64,000 nucleotides of DNA from the human T2T-CHM13v2.0 reference genome, Homo sapiens (GCF_009914755.1 NC_060934.1), one strand, 5' to 3'. Counted from the stretch's first letter, positions 28,430 to 42,199 are shown. The notes: generated from the sequence alone by a model not told the origin. Translations and numbers: made by a program.

Positions 28430-28868
28430 AAGAATTTAGCGTTGTAACAGGCGATTGGGGTAAAGATATGTGTGTGCGTTTAATGCTAGGTGTTTTAAAG
28501 AAAAGAAAAACCGTTTGAGCCTAGAGAATGTGGTTGCCATTGCCCCACCTCATGAGAAAGCACACAGGGAGCATGGAGAGAGTGGCAGAGTGGAAGGCTG
28601 AGTGCTCCCGTACTGGAAGCTGAGTGTTCTCGCTCCGTGCCTGGTGCTTCATTGAAAGTCCGGGTGATGTCTGTGAGGTGGGCAGGAAAGGAGAAGATTA
28701 TAGGCAGAGAAACGTGTGGTGGAGGCTAGTGTAGGAGACAAGGTCGTGGCAGATGTTGATAGAGGACACTTGGATCAAAAAGCATGTGCTCAAAGATGCA
28801 TTTCCTGGAGTACACTTTGTGGAAAACAACTCTGCTGGGGTTAGGAGGCAGGATCAGCACACAACTGT

Positions 28869-28945
28869 TTAGTTTAAACCATTTGCAGTTGCTATTTTTG
28901 CAGGTCAAAATGGTCAAATTTGACAATTTCATGTGGTTCAAAACA
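28869..28945. mobile_element. MADE2-like mariner MITE
   Basis: About 80-bp imperfect palindrome aaaccatttgcagttg...caatttcatgtggttcaa. Confidence 0.7.
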
Positions 28946-28961
28946 ACTGGTAAAAATAGGT

Positions 28962-29341
28962 TGATATGGTTTGACTCTGTGTCTTCACCCAAATCTCATC
29001 TTGAATTGTAATCCCCATCTATGAAGGGAGGGACCTGTAATCCCCACATGTCAAAGAAGAGAGTTGATTGGATCATGGGGGCAGTTTCCCCATGCTGTTC
29101 TCATGACAGTGAGTGATTTCTCATGAGATCTGATGGTTCCGTAAGTGTTTGAAAGTCCCTCCTTTGCTTCACTCTCTCCTGCCGCCTTGTGAAGAAGGTG
29201 CCTGCTTTCCCTTTTGCCATGATTATAAGTTTCCTGAGGCCTCCCCAGCCAGTGGAACTGTGAGTCAATTAAGCCTCTTTTCCTTACAAATTACCCAGTG
29301 TTGAGTATTTCTTTATGGCAGTGTGAGAATGGACTAACACA
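28962..29341 (+). mobile_element. THE1D-like solo LTR
   Basis: tgatatggtttg...ggactaacaca; perfect 5-bp TSD taggt. Confidence 0.93.
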
Positions 29342-29909
29342 TAGGTCTTCTTGTAATAGCAAATGTGGGACCCTGCGTGTGACAAAAATAAAATCTTTTA
29401 TTTTTCCTTTGAGCAAGTGTGAAATTTGGCCAAGGACATGGAAATAGAGCAAATGATCTTTCTCTGTCTTAGGTGGGAACTAGACTAAAGGAACAAATGG
29501 AAGGCAGAAGCCACAGAGCTTTCAGCGACAGGATCTCTACAGCTCTAGGCAATATCATAGGATCTTCTCCTAAATGCTGGAGGCGGCCACCTCCCTGTGG
29601 CCTGTGATCTGTTCTCCGACAAGGACAATATCCTGGGGAACAGCTAGGGAGCAGGCAAGTCCATTTGCTTGGTCCCACTCCAGTTCAAAAGAGCTTTAGC
29701 TTTGTTATCCATGACCATCAGTTCCTAACAGTGTCAGTCCCCCTCCCCAAAAAGCCTCAAGCTTAGAATTTCACTTTCAAGCCCTAAGCTAGTTGATATA
29801 CCCCATGGCAACAGCAGTTGTTGGGAGGTGGGTGGTGATAGGTTAAAATAATTTTTAAGAGTTATTCCATGAAGGAAAATTTGGGTCAACTCTGGGTTAA
29901 TGAGTTTTT

Positions 29910-30283
29910 TTTTTAATTTTTAAAAATTGTGGTAATAATACACATAACATAAAATGTACCATGTTAACCATCCTTAAGTGTACAGTTCAATGGCGTTAGC
30001 TACATTCACATTGCTGTGCAATCGTCACCATCATCCATCTGCAGCACTTTTGCATCATTCCAAACAGAAACTTTTTCCCCATTAAAAGAATAACTCCCTG
30101 TTCTCTCTTCCCCCAGTCCCTGGCAAGCTCCCTTCTACTTTCTGTCTATGAATTTGGCTATTCTATGGATCTCATACAATGGTGCTATAGTCATCCTTTT
30201 GGGACTGGCTGATTTTACTGAGCCTAATGTCCTCCAGGTTCTTCCACATTGTAGTATGTGTCAAAACGTCCTTCCTTTTTAAG
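29910..30283 (-). mobile_element. L1MB 3' end
   Basis: cataacataaaatgtaccat...aagtgtacagttca...cattcacattg; 16-bp TSD gggttaatgagttttt. Confidence 0.9.
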
Positions 30284-30310
30284 GGGTTAATGAGTTTTTA
30301 ATTTAGATTA

Positions 30311-30647
<337 letters not shown>

Positions 30648-31317
30648 GGAATTAGAATGTGCAGCATTTCTTTACTTATCTGACCAGGTAACCATTGATT
30701 TCCTGGAGTAGCTCAAAGCACAAAGCTCCATGAAACAAGGTATGGGAAATCCTGGTCCAAGCCTTCATTAAATGGATTCTCTCTGGCTCACCCACGAAGT
30801 GTGTGGCCTGGTGATTCAGTGTCCTGTGCGGTGCAGCATGCAAGTGTGGCTGTCTCTCTTTCTCAGGGCACTGCAGCATCACCTTATGACGTTAAAGGTA
30901 CGCACAGAACTAAAATAAACCCCGGGGCCTTTGGCTGATGTAGCATATTCCCTCCAGTCTAGACAGCATCCTCAAGTCGTGTCTTCGCGTCTGGATGAAA
31001 CCAGCCAGCCTGTGAATCTGCTTGCTGGTCTTCCCCACAATGAAGCTGGAAGAGATGCCTTCCCTCCATCATTTTATCAGTGATGCATACCAATGGACTA
31101 CCTTGGAAGGCAGATAGGACCCGTGTCCCTACTGCCTTTACTCAATTGTCCACTCCTTGAGCTTCCAACCCGCTGTCTTTCTGCCTCCTGTCACTTTAGA
31201 AAGGATCTGAGGATTCTCCAGTTATGGATTTCTAGAGCATTCTGTCATTTATGGGGGAAATTTGGGTGGGATAATTGTTCTTGATGGCTTTTATTGTCTC
31301 TTCTTATTCAGTTTTTA

Positions 31318-31430
31318 ATTTATTCCGGCAATATTTTTCAAGCACCTGCCATGGTTTATGCACTGTCCTAGGTGCTGGAGATTCATGATAAATGAGACAG
31401 TTAGATCCTTGAATGTATGGAGCTGGCAGA
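31318..31430 (-). mobile_element. L2 3' end
   Basis: aatatttttcaagcacctgccatg...gcactgtcctaggtgctggagat. Confidence 0.65.
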
Positions 31431-32149
31431 GTGGGTATGTTCCAGGATTTGCCCAAATCAGAGCTCATATCCCCCAGACAATACATTAATACACTAATAT
31501 GACTCTTAGTTCAGAGCTCCAAGATGCAGAGACCAGTCAAAGGGATTCACGATCCCTTTATTCCTGAAAAAGTCCATTGCTAAGCAAGTTGTAGGTATTA
31601 GACAACTGACTTCAGCCCTCCACCATGTTTTGTGTGTATGTTTGTTTGTTTTGATTTTGCTTTGGTCCAAACAGTTCTGGACCTCAGAAGTGCCGTAGCT
31701 TGCTTGATGGTGGCATTGTTCTGCTGGGACCAGGTGGCGATTCTTCCAATGGGAGTTTTGCTCCATAGGGTTAGACTTATGGAAAAAAGTTGGAACACCC
31801 GGGGACACTCGGTCCTCTCTCCCTCACTTCATAGGCTGCTGTGTTGTCTCTCTAACAGAAACATTAACAACAACAAGGAGAAAGAAGCACGTTTTCTAAA
31901 TAATGACAAACTTTTCGTAGGAGTAGGTTTGTGTGCTCTCTTCTCATGAGACAGATGGTGGCTTAACTCTGGGAAAGGGCACACATGTCTTGTACCAAGC
32001 TTAAAAATTAAGAAGTCTACTCTTCTCATTTAGCTCCCATGAGAAGGAGAGATCTGCACACATGGGGATCACTGGAGACCAGAGTGCCCTGTGGAGAGGG
32101 TTTCCCAAGAGTGGCCCCTGGCAGGGTGAATGCATAAATCAACATGCAA

Positions 32150-32765
32150 TTATGAAAAATGTCATGAGTGATGAAGGGGGGAAGGGGAGAGGAGAAGATC
32201 TAGCCTGGACTAAAGGAGAGATCAGGAAGGACTTCTTAAGGAGAGGAACATTTGAACTTACTCCACGTAAAGCCACAGTCTCAGGGGCTTGAGGGAGATG
32301 AGTAAATGGCAAATTGATCCAAGCTTAGGACACAGCAGGTGCAGACGCTTGAGGGGAGGAGAAAAAGTGGCACTTTTGAGGAGGTGAACGTTGTTCCACA
32401 TGCCTGCCTGGACTGTGGGCTTCCATGTTGGAAGAGGCAGCAGAGAGGGCTGAGAAGGAAAACAAGAACCTGAGAAATGAATGCTGAGAAGTGTTTATTG
32501 TATCCCAAGGACCACGGACCCCTGTGAAGGGTCTCAGCAGGGGAATAATCATAGTTGAATTGAGTATGATCAGTATCACCATGTGGCTGGATTACAGTCA
32601 CATAAGAGGAATAGAGAGGTCCACATTGCAGATGGTGTTGTAACCCAGGTAAGAGATGGTAGTTGCTTAAGATGGGAGGAGAGACAGAAAAAGAGTGGAT
32701 TCATTTGGGAAGTATTGAAAAGCAAGAAAAGATGGCCCTTGGTGCTCAATTACATGTGGGGGTAA
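32150..32765 (-). mobile_element. L2 fragment
   Basis: atcaggaaggacttc...acatttgaact...ccaggtaagagatggt...agtggattc, typical antisense L2. Confidence 0.65.
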
Positions 32766-34869
32766 AAGGCAGTTATTCCCAAGCTCAGCCTCGTACTTAA
32801 GTGGGAGGTGCTCATGTCTGGGAGAAGGCAATAGGGCCGTAGGTAGGTGAAACTATCTACATTTATCTCAACATCTTGGAGATAAGACAATTACAAGCAT
32901 ACTAGGACATTGCATTTTCTTTCACGTTCAAAGCTGTTGATTGCAACACTGTATCATCGAGAGGAATTAGGAGACTGAATGGACATCTGAGGGTATCTTG
33001 ATGCAATGGACAGCAGTGCAACCTTTAAGTACACCTGCAATTAATGTATTACAAAGACATTCATAACATTGTAAAGTAAGATAGCAGGTTGTAGAACATG
33101 ACAAAAGATATGACATAATTTTGGTTTGAAACTTAAGTAGATGTTTGATGACCATAAACAGACTCACATAAAACTACTAACAGTGGTTCCCTTTGGGTGA
33201 TGGGATTAGGAGGTAGAGAAAAAAAAAGGGGAGCCAAAATAGGACATTCTATTTTGGGAGAGATGCCTAAACACACACATTAAATGGCTTTAGAAGGACT
33301 TTGAAAGACATTAAAATGCCCTATTCAGTAATGAGTTGCTAGTATCTTATGTTGCCAGTTTTCAAGTCATTGCTGTAGAGAAGCAGATGGAAATTCCATA
33401 GAAAAGGGCTAGGCAGAGAGGTGGTGAACCGAAGCAGGTCAAGCCCTAGCCAAGTTCCCGTCCAGATTCCAGAGAAGCCCTGTGGTCTGGGTGACTGTGC
33501 ACATCTGTGTGACACACCCATGCAACACTGCTCTGAGTAGAGGGACTCTAGCCAGGTTTGACTCAGGATGCTGCTGACTTTGTTGAAGTCAAACTGTTGG
33601 CTGAAAACTGCCTGTGGCTACAGAAGAGGTGAGCAAGAAGAGACAGGAAAAAGACACATTTAGAAAGAGTCAGATCTGGGATTTAGGAGCTGGGAATTAT
33701 TTAGGAGCTGGGAATTATTATTTCACGAAAGAACTTGGGTTGAAATCATCTCTGGATTGGCAGTGACTTTCAAAACTGCACAATCGACTTAGACATTTCA
33801 ACAGAGCACACCTTCCTCGTGGGACTTCACTACCTCCTGTTTGCAGCTGAGCTAGAAACACCCAAAGAAATGCTTTTTCTTGCAACATTCTGTATAATTT
33901 TATTCTGTTTGGAATTTTCCATCATCTGTAAAGAAAATAAATAGCTTTCTGTGAGTAGTGGGCTCGGGGTAGTATAACTGTAATCAGCCTCAAACCTTTC
34001 AGGTTTTTCTGCCTGTCTTTTCATTCCAGTCGGAGGTCCTGGGTTATGAGCATGTCCTTTCTTTGTATATTGATCTTGGTCTGTAGCAACTGGCTGATAA
34101 ACTCAAAAATCTTGTGTTTATCATCTGCCAGATTTTTTGTTGTGAGGTTTCAATTTCTTTCCCTTTACAAGCTGTTCAAATGTTCTAGCTATAGAGACCA
34201 GATGGTTTTTCTATTCCCTTGATGTTTCCTTTATGCGGATGATTGTTCAGAGATGTTCTAAGGCTGTATCAGGATAGGATAGTTTCTATAGTTACTCTAG
34301 TTAGCATCACTGTGTGTATGCCTTTGCCAGCACGGGCGAATATTCAATCCATCAAAGTCCGGAAACCACTTCAAATAAATGGCCCTGTGTGTTTTGAAAT
34401 CGGGTGTGGAAAGCCCAGGTTTCAAGTAACCATTAATAAATAATTACCCTTTTGTTAATGTATCCTGCCAATTCCCTGATAAGAAAGAGCTGATGGATGA
34501 TGTAGCTGGTTCATAGCTTCCTGTTTATTAGAATGTGTTCGTCTTGTACTTTCTGCAGATGGAAGCTTTCGGGACCACATGAGAAGTGTACTATGTCCAC
34601 ACCACATTTAGTACTTGGTGGGTAATCAAAATTATATAGGGGCAAGGCTTTTCTCCATAAGCTTTAGCCCGGAGCTTAGCCTGTAGATGCTCATTGAACA
34701 TGTGCTTGCTGTGGAAATCCCTGACTGGTGATGCGGGAGATGGCTTTGGATGCAGGTGATTGACAGAGGACAACAGCAGCAGAAGGGGTGGAATCACCTC
34801 ATGATCCTGACCTTGTGTATGGCCTGAGATAGCTTGGGGTTCCAGATATAGATAGTGTTCAGTAGTCAG

Positions 34870-35445
34870 TCAGCAAAGAATATTTCAACAAGCTTGGAGA
34901 ACGGTACTTAGCTCATACTGACCACTTGCCCTGTGGCCGAAAGCCACCAGGTACACACCTGTAGTTGAACAAGTTGGGTTTATTACAAGTTGCAGTGAGA
35001 CAGCACACACAGCTTGGGAACTGCAGGAAGTCTCAGAGTAAGAAGATGTTGGGAATGACCTACTACCAGGCTTGGGCTTTGGTTGGGTGATTTTCGGGAG
35101 GGTCTAAGGAAGCAGAGGTTTTCTCTAGTCGGGAGTTGCCAGAGGCCAGGGGTGATTCTGTGAGGGGGTATCTGAATACATCTGTCATCTCTAGGGAGGA
35201 CAGACTAGAGGGAGACCAAAGCTGGAACTGGGAAAGATGCAGCAGTTGCTTACTTAGCAAGAGTGGAAGATGTGTGGGATTTAGCATGATCTGGCCTGAG
35301 TGGACATTCTCGGAAATTATTTCTGTCCAACTGGAGAGCACGTGGCTTAGCTGGAAGCATCAGGCCAGCTCATGATAACACGGAGGCCGTGATGTGAGGT
35401 CCTATTTGCTCCCTGGCATGGGCAGAAGTTTGTTTTCTTTCTCTG
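34870..35445 (-). mobile_element. Ancient solo LTR (LTR78-like)
   Basis: aagttgggtttattac poly(A) signal region and ...gttttctttctc terminus; similar layout to 22330-23020. Confidence 0.55.
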
Positions 35446-35545
35446 ATGTCACTGATGCAGTCCAGAAAGGCGCTAGAGACCTTGCTCCTGATTCCACTGC
35501 CTTGCCCTTTGCCTCGTCTCTCTCTGCCTTAAGAAGCATCTTACC

Positions 35546-35856
35546 AGCTGGGCACGGTGGCTCACGCCTGTAATCCCAGCACTTTGGGAGGCTGAGGTGG
35601 GCGGATCACCTGAGGTCAGGAGTTTGTGACCACCCTGGCCAACATGAAGAAACGTCGTCTCTACTAAAAATACAAAAATTAGTCAGGTCTGGTGGTGCAT
35701 GCTTGTAGTTCCAGCTACTCAGGAGAGGCTGAGGCAGGAGAATTGCTTGAACCCAGAAGGGAGAGGTTGCAGTGAGCTGAGATCATGCCACTGCACTCTA
35801 GCCTAGGCAACAGAACGAGATTCTGTTTCAACAAACAAACAAACAAACAAAAAAAC
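35546..35856 (+). mobile_element. AluSx-like
   Basis: Full dimer, (AAAC)n tail, TSD ending tcttacc. Confidence 0.96.
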
Positions 35857-36017
35857 AAGTCTTACCTGAGGCTGATGAATACGGAGAGCCCTGTGAGCCT
35901 CACCTTCTCTTCAGACAAGGATGGATGGGACCTCAAGGTCCATCAAGGTCAGACGTTGACGGTGCCTCTCCTCTCTGCATGCTGAGAGAGTGACCTGCCC
36001 GGGACTCTGTCCGTTTT

Positions 36018-36469
36018 CTGAAAATTTTATTTCTAATTCATAAATAATAATTGCATATATTATATACATGATGTTTTGATATATGTGTATATTTTGGAAT
36101 GATTAAATCCCACTAATTAACATATCCAGAAACTCACATGCTTTTGTTTTATGGTACAAACATTTAAAATCTACCCTTTTAGCAATTTTGAAATGTACAT
36201 TACATTATCATTAACTATGGTCACCACGATATGCCATAGAGCTCAAAAACTTACTCCTTTTAACAAAAACTCTGCACACTTTGACCAACATCTCTTTATC
36301 TCCATCTCTTCCCCACAGCCTCTGGCACCCACCTGAGTCCTTCTGAATTGGACTTTTTTAGATTCCACATGTTGGTGAGACCCTGTGGTATTTGTCTTTC
36401 TGTGCCAGCTTGCTTTACTTAGCACAACATCCTCTAGGCCCATCCATGTTGTTGCAAATGACAGGATTT
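36018..36469 (-). mobile_element. L1MA 3' end
   Basis: catttaaaatctac...ttagcaattttgaaatgtac...catccatgttgttgcaaatgacaggattt; degenerate TSD ggactct(g/a)tcc. Confidence 0.88.
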
Positions 36470-37082
36470 AGGACTCTATCCTTTGTTGAAAAATGAAAAC
36501 ATGGCTCTCCTCTAGTCCAGGCTAAAAAACAACCTATTTTTTACATGAGTTAGAATTTGAAAGGTGTTAAGATTTTGCCAGGTAGGTGGATATGTTTGAA
36601 AAGCACTTCTCACTTAGACCAGTTTGTAAGGATAAAAACTGTATTTTCCTTACAGCCACCCCCTCTAGATATCTTAAACTATAAGAGGCCCAGCGGAGTC
36701 ACAGAGCAGTTAATTCTAAACACACGTGAGCTCCGAAGATTAGGACATTTGAAAAATTTTTGAATGGGAATGTATTCATTTAAGAAGTTTAAAGTACATA
36801 ACGCATGAAAGACTTTTTAAAGGCAGCATAAATATCTGCACATAGAGCCCATAATAGACATTCAGCAAAAGTGTGTTCATTGATTAAATTATTCAAAGTA
36901 TTTTCTTCATTTGGATCAACTAGCAGAAAGGAGTGGCTCAATTTTTATAAATTCTTTTATCTGATTATAGAAGTAATACATCCTCAAAGTAAGAACAACA
37001 ACAAAAAACTTAGACGAAGAAAAAGCAAAGAGAAGAAAATAAAAATCACCACCCAGAGACAGCGCTGTTAATGGTTTGGGTC

Positions 37083-37390
37083 CTTCATTCATTCAACAAA
37101 TACTTGGCAATTACCATGCAGTAAATATGGTGCTCATTGCTGGGAAGTAGAGATTGACAAGATACAATCCATGACCTCAAGGGTTGCATAGGATCATGAG
37201 CAAAGCAGGTGAGATAAGTAGATAATTGAACTACAGGTCAGTAAATGCAATGGCAGGTGTTCGTGCAGGGCATTAGGGGAAGAGAGAGACCGGCTGATGC
37301 AGTGTGGGGTGAGATGGGCAGGGTGGAAAGGGAGGCTGCTTCCCGGGGAAACTTCTTGTTGAGAACTTAGAGAATAGAGGTGCCAAGGAG
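37083..37390 (-). mobile_element. L2 3' end
   Basis: ttcattcattcaacaaatacttg, the L2 terminal repeat in antisense. Confidence 0.65.
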
Positions 37391-37810
37391 GAAAGAAGAG
37401 TCTGTCATCCCACCCCCCAGGGGTACCAGATGCAGATGTTTCATGGCTGCTCCGATTTCCTCGCACGGACATAGAGTAATTTGTTCTGAGAAGTTTAATG
37501 ATTCTCTTTATTGATCAGAAGTAGGCGTTTCTGAGTAGTACAATTGCTATGACCTGGAGTCCTCACATTAAGCAGGTGCAGGTTAAGATGTACACAAGTA
37601 ATGACTTCATGTCAAGCTACTCAGGTGGAATTGTAGGCATGCTGATATTATAACTAAGGGGTCTGTGATTCGGAAGGTGTTATTTTGTCTAGGAAAAGGG
37701 TATGTAGGGCTGCTCGAGAGAGAGGGAAGGGGGAAATAGTATGTACATGGTCACATGCTTACGCATGTTCACACACTCACAACCCAGAATTTAGAAGAAT
37801 AATGTTCTCT

Positions 37811-38111
<301 letters not shown>

Positions 38112-38979
38112 AGAAGAATAACGTTCTCTGATTCCTCCCTGCCCTTCCACTCATCTCCCTTCAGTTCCCACTCTAATTTAGCCTTTATGATTGCCACTGT
38201 CCATCAGGATTCTTCAAGGGACCAGTTCACAGCAAACACCCTTCAGGCAGGTATTATCAAGCTCCGTCTGTGAAGGCGAGGCGGAAGAGGCCACACTAGC
38301 GAGAAAGTGATTATGAGAAACATGCAGAAAACAAGAGCACATCCTCATAGTCACATAGAAAATGAGGTGAGGGGAAGAAATCTTCATGAAACCGTCTCAA
38401 GGTATATTTAAACGTGGCTCCCTGCAGGCCACCCATTCTTTGTCCCAGTTAATTCATATACGAGAGAGGTTTTACTTCAGAGAGATTGCCAATGGAAAAA
38501 ATGTGAACGAAACACCCGCATGGATGGCCCACGGTGAGGCGTCTCTGATCGCTATCAAACAGGGAGGGGCAGAAATCCTTGCACTAAAAAGTGTGGGCTG
38601 CTTTACCACAAATAAGATCAGGGACTGGGCATGAGGCAGTATTGGTCACAGCCCCGTTGGTGCTGGAGAGAGGTTCGCTGGCCTTGGGAGCTTCACTCAT
38701 GACCGGTGAGCTGTGTGCCCAGAGATGACGCCGAGGTCCTCATGTCTTATTTCTGCAGCATCCAGTTGTGAGTACTGGGAACTTCCAAAGACAGGGAAAA
38801 ATAAGCCAGAGGGGGCCTGAGAGAGGAAGGAGAGAGAATAGCTGCAGGGCAGCCAGGGCACAGGGAGGGAGCAGGCTGTCCCCTGAGCCAGCTGTCTAGA
38901 GGAGGGCACAGTGGTCAGCATGCCGCAGAGGCTCTGCCCTGGCCAGGGGAGGGCAGGGGTCACCTGCTTGCCATGTGTG

Positions 38980-39856
38980 CGGCTCCTGAGGCAGCAGCAG
39001 AAGCAGCAGGAAATTCCAGGGACCACCTTAGACCTATTAAATCAGACCCTCTGGGGGTGGGGCAAGGAACCTGGAATCTGGGTTTTAATTTTTTAAAAAG
39101 TTTTGTTAAAATAATTTCAACTTTTATTTCAGATTCAGAGGGCGTGTGTGCAGGTTTGTTACTTGGTTGTATTGCATGATGCTGAGGTTTGGGGTCCAGG
39201 TTAGCCCGTCACCCAGGATGGGTCAGCATTTCCACCTTTGCCCCCTCACTCCCCACTCTAATAACCTGCAGTGTCTATTGTTTCCATGTTTATGTCCACG
39301 TGTGCTCCGTGTTTAGCTCCCACCTATAAGTGAGATCATGCGGTATTTGTTTTCTGTTCCTGCATTAATTCACTTAGAATAATGGCTTCCGGCTGCATCC
39401 ATGTTGCTGCAAAGGACATGATCTCATTCTTTTTTGTGGCTCCATAGTATTCTATGGTGTCTATGTACCACGTTTTCTTTATCCAGTCCACCAATGATGG
39501 GCATTTAGGTTGATTCCCTATTTTTGCTGTTGGGAGCAGTGCTGTGATGAACATCTGCATACATGTGTTTTCTGGTAGCATGGTTTATTTTCCTGTGGAT
39601 ATATACCTAGTAATTGCATTGCTCAGTTGAATGATAGCCCTGTTTTCAGAGCTTTGAGAGATCTCCAAACTGCTTTCCACAGTGGCTGAGCTAATCGACA
39701 TTCCCACCAATAAGGTATAAGTATTTTCTCTTCCCTGCTGCCTAGCCAGCATTTGACAGTTTTGACTTTTAGTAATAGCCATTCCGACCGATCTCAGATG
39801 GTGCCTCATTAAACACTCAAGGAATCTGGATGCTGTCTACAGTTTGAGAACCCCTG
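38980..39856. mobile_element. MER5A (hAT-Charlie) split by an L1 (pieces about 38980-39088 and 39811-39856)
   Basis: agacctattaaatcagaccctctgggggtgggg...aatctgggttttaa resumes after the L1 and ends agtttgagaacccctg. Confidence 0.7.
39089..39810 (-). mobile_element. L1PA15/16-like 3' fragment with ORF2 C-terminal remnant
   Basis: ORF 39336-39581 (NQPKCPSLVDWIKKTWYIDTIEYY...SFAATWM) is the degenerate L1 ORF2p C-terminus. Confidence 0.93.
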
Positions 39857-39894
39857 TCCTTCCACACTCCTGATCTCCCCTCGCTTCCTGCTCC

Positions 39895-40030
39895 CAGTGA
39901 TTGTTGGGCTTACCCGATAATCCAGAGCCCCGGAAATCCCGAGTTGGTGAGGAAGGCACGAGTCCGGGCGAGTGGCATTTTTAGAAGCTCCTGGGTGACT
40001 CTATGATCCTTCAGGATGAGGACCCACTGG
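39895..40030. mobile_element. MER5-like fragment
   Basis: cagtgattg...gcatttttagaagctcctgggtgactct...acccactg. Confidence 0.5.
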
Positions 40031-41045
40031 ATGGAAGGGGAAGGGTTTGAAGAATTCCACAAAAGACCACCCCCCACCTTGCTTCTGGCTTATCTGAAAT
40101 TGTATCGCTGTGACTTATCCCAAGGAGTTAACCATTTGCCTGTTCTTGCCATCGTTTATTAACATGTAAAGTCATTTCCATCTGATGGATGATTGATCTG
40201 TTTGCTCAATCATTAGGTCCATTAATAATTATCACATGTTCAGCTAATGTGACCTGAGAAGTGGGGAAGGGAGGTGCACGGCACCACCATCTTCTCCCTT
40301 TGGCAGGCGGCAGTCTCCCAACTATAGAAAACTCACACCAGAGTAAGAGAACCCATCTCCAAAGGTGTCCAACAGAAGTGTTGGACAATGGCTGTACATA
40401 CGCACACTAACTGGAAAAGAAAGCGAGCCAGGAGAGGCACCGAGTCACACAAGCATGGATCTTGTCTCAATGCTCCAGCGAGGCAGATGCTGGCTCCAGG
40501 GGGAGTGGGTGGCTGGCAACTTCCCTAGGGCTTTCTGCATTTTATTGATGAGCAGTGAGAGGCATGAAGGCTAAGCAGCTTTCCCTGGGTCATACAGTGA
40601 AGAAGTAGCAGAGCTAGTGTCCCTAACCACCGGGCAATGCTGCCACCTGCCCTATGTTGCAGGTGAGGGGCTTAATGAAGGGGGCAACATGGTGAACTCA
40701 CTGGTTCATTTCTAATCCTTTTTGCAGCTGTCTTAGCCAGTTGCAGGCTGCAGGCTTACCTCTGTAGAGTGACAGACCAAGTCCACCCTGGGTACCACCA
40801 TTGCCACACTATCCTGGAACCTCCCCTGAAGGATTGGAAACACAGGGCCATGTCTTGAGACCTAGATAGGAGAAGCACAGCTCTCATCTAGCAGCTTAGG
40901 AGTCACGGGAGGGAGCAGCACCTTGCAGTTCTTGTCGCTGCACCCTAGAGGGGAAGAGGGAAATCTTGTCATTGTCAGCTTGTCCTTCCAGACAAAAGTC
41001 ACCCCATTAAATTTCCATATCCTACATAGTTAGTAAAGAACATTT

Positions 41046-41194
41046 ACACCTGTATTCCCAGCTACACAGGAGGCTGAGGCAGGGGGCATCGCTTGACCCC
41101 AGGAGTTTGAGGCTGCAGTGAGTTATAATTGTACCACTGCACTCCAGCCTGGGCGACAGAGAGAGACCGTGCCTCAAAAAAAAAAAAAAAAAAA
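41046..41194 (+). mobile_element. 5'-truncated AluJ (right arm only)
   Basis: ggagtttgaggctgcagtgag, A tail, TSD aa(a/g)gaacat. Confidence 0.92.
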
Positions 41195-41504
41195 AGGAAC
41201 ATCCACAACACTGAACTGACCACCTGTTGAGCTGTAAACTCTAAAATAGCAGAAAGCATTGACTCCACCATGCTTGGCTCTCAATATCTCTCATATACTA
41301 GGAAAATGAGGCTGAGAGTTAAGGAAATTGGTCAAGGTTGCAGGCAGTGAGTGACAGCTGGGATTCATGAAGACTGTCTTTAAGTGTCACCGCCAACCAC
41401 TCAGTTATTTTTGTCTCTCAGTATTAATTAATATACTTGAGAATGAATTTATGAAGCTCCCAGAAATGTCAGCTCACAGGCAGAATTCCAGGGCGATGAT
41501 GCAG

Positions 41505-41953
41505 AGGCTAAGAACAGAGGAGTCATGTTACCCATTGGCTCTGATTCTTCACCCTACCTGCCCACACCCTTTGCCCAGTGACTTTGCAGTTCCTCCCCTG
41601 TGGGGGAAGTGAATTTCCTCCCTCCGTCTCCTTGACTCTGGGTGGGCTGTGTGACTTTTCCTTGCTCAATAGAATGAGAAGGAGGTGGCGCACCGGCTAC
41701 AAGGCTAGACCGGGGGCTCGCATATCTCCACTTGCAGCTGCCACTGCCATTAGAAGAACTTGCTCAGCCAGCTCCTGGGCCCCAGGAAAAGGACAAGTGT
41801 CACCCAGAACAGAGCCACCTCCAGCTGCACTCAGCTCCAGAAGCTGGCCCGGCCGGTCCAGTACACGTGAGAATAAATTGTTGTTGCTTTTACCCATTAG
41901 GTTTTGGGGTGATTTGTGATGTTGCATTGTTGCAGCAATAACAAATAAATATA
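41505..41953 (+). mobile_element. Old MLT1 (H/I-like) solo LTR
   Basis: gtgactttgcagttcctccc...aatagaatg...gagaataaa...ttttggggtgatttgt...gcaata. Confidence 0.75.
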
Positions 41954-42199
41954 AACAGTGTTTGAGCTGTGGGCTCCAATGGACTTTTGTCACTTATTAG
42001 CTCTGGCCATTATTTCAACTTTCTAAATCACAATATCTGTCACAAAGACAGCAAAATAAAAATACCTAAAGTAATATTTTAGAAGGTGCATGCATTTCTG
42101 TGTGCTAATTAAATGAGATAATGCTGGTAAGGGCGTTCTGCAGCACCTGGCGCCAGTTGTATTACATTAGCCCTTGTGTGGTGGCCCTGTGCCTGGGAA

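Noticed and set aside
39336-39809. ORFs resembling a real protein (NQPKCPS...WIKK.W)
   Set aside because: Frameshifted C-terminus of L1 ORF2p in a truncated old L1; annotated as a mobile element, not CDS.
40920-40960. Possible CTCF site (tgcaccctagagggga with upstream tgcagtt)
   Set aside because: Lacks the conserved CC start and GGC end of the core. Similar partial matches near 13756, 31728, 38808 and 40643 also fail at key positions.
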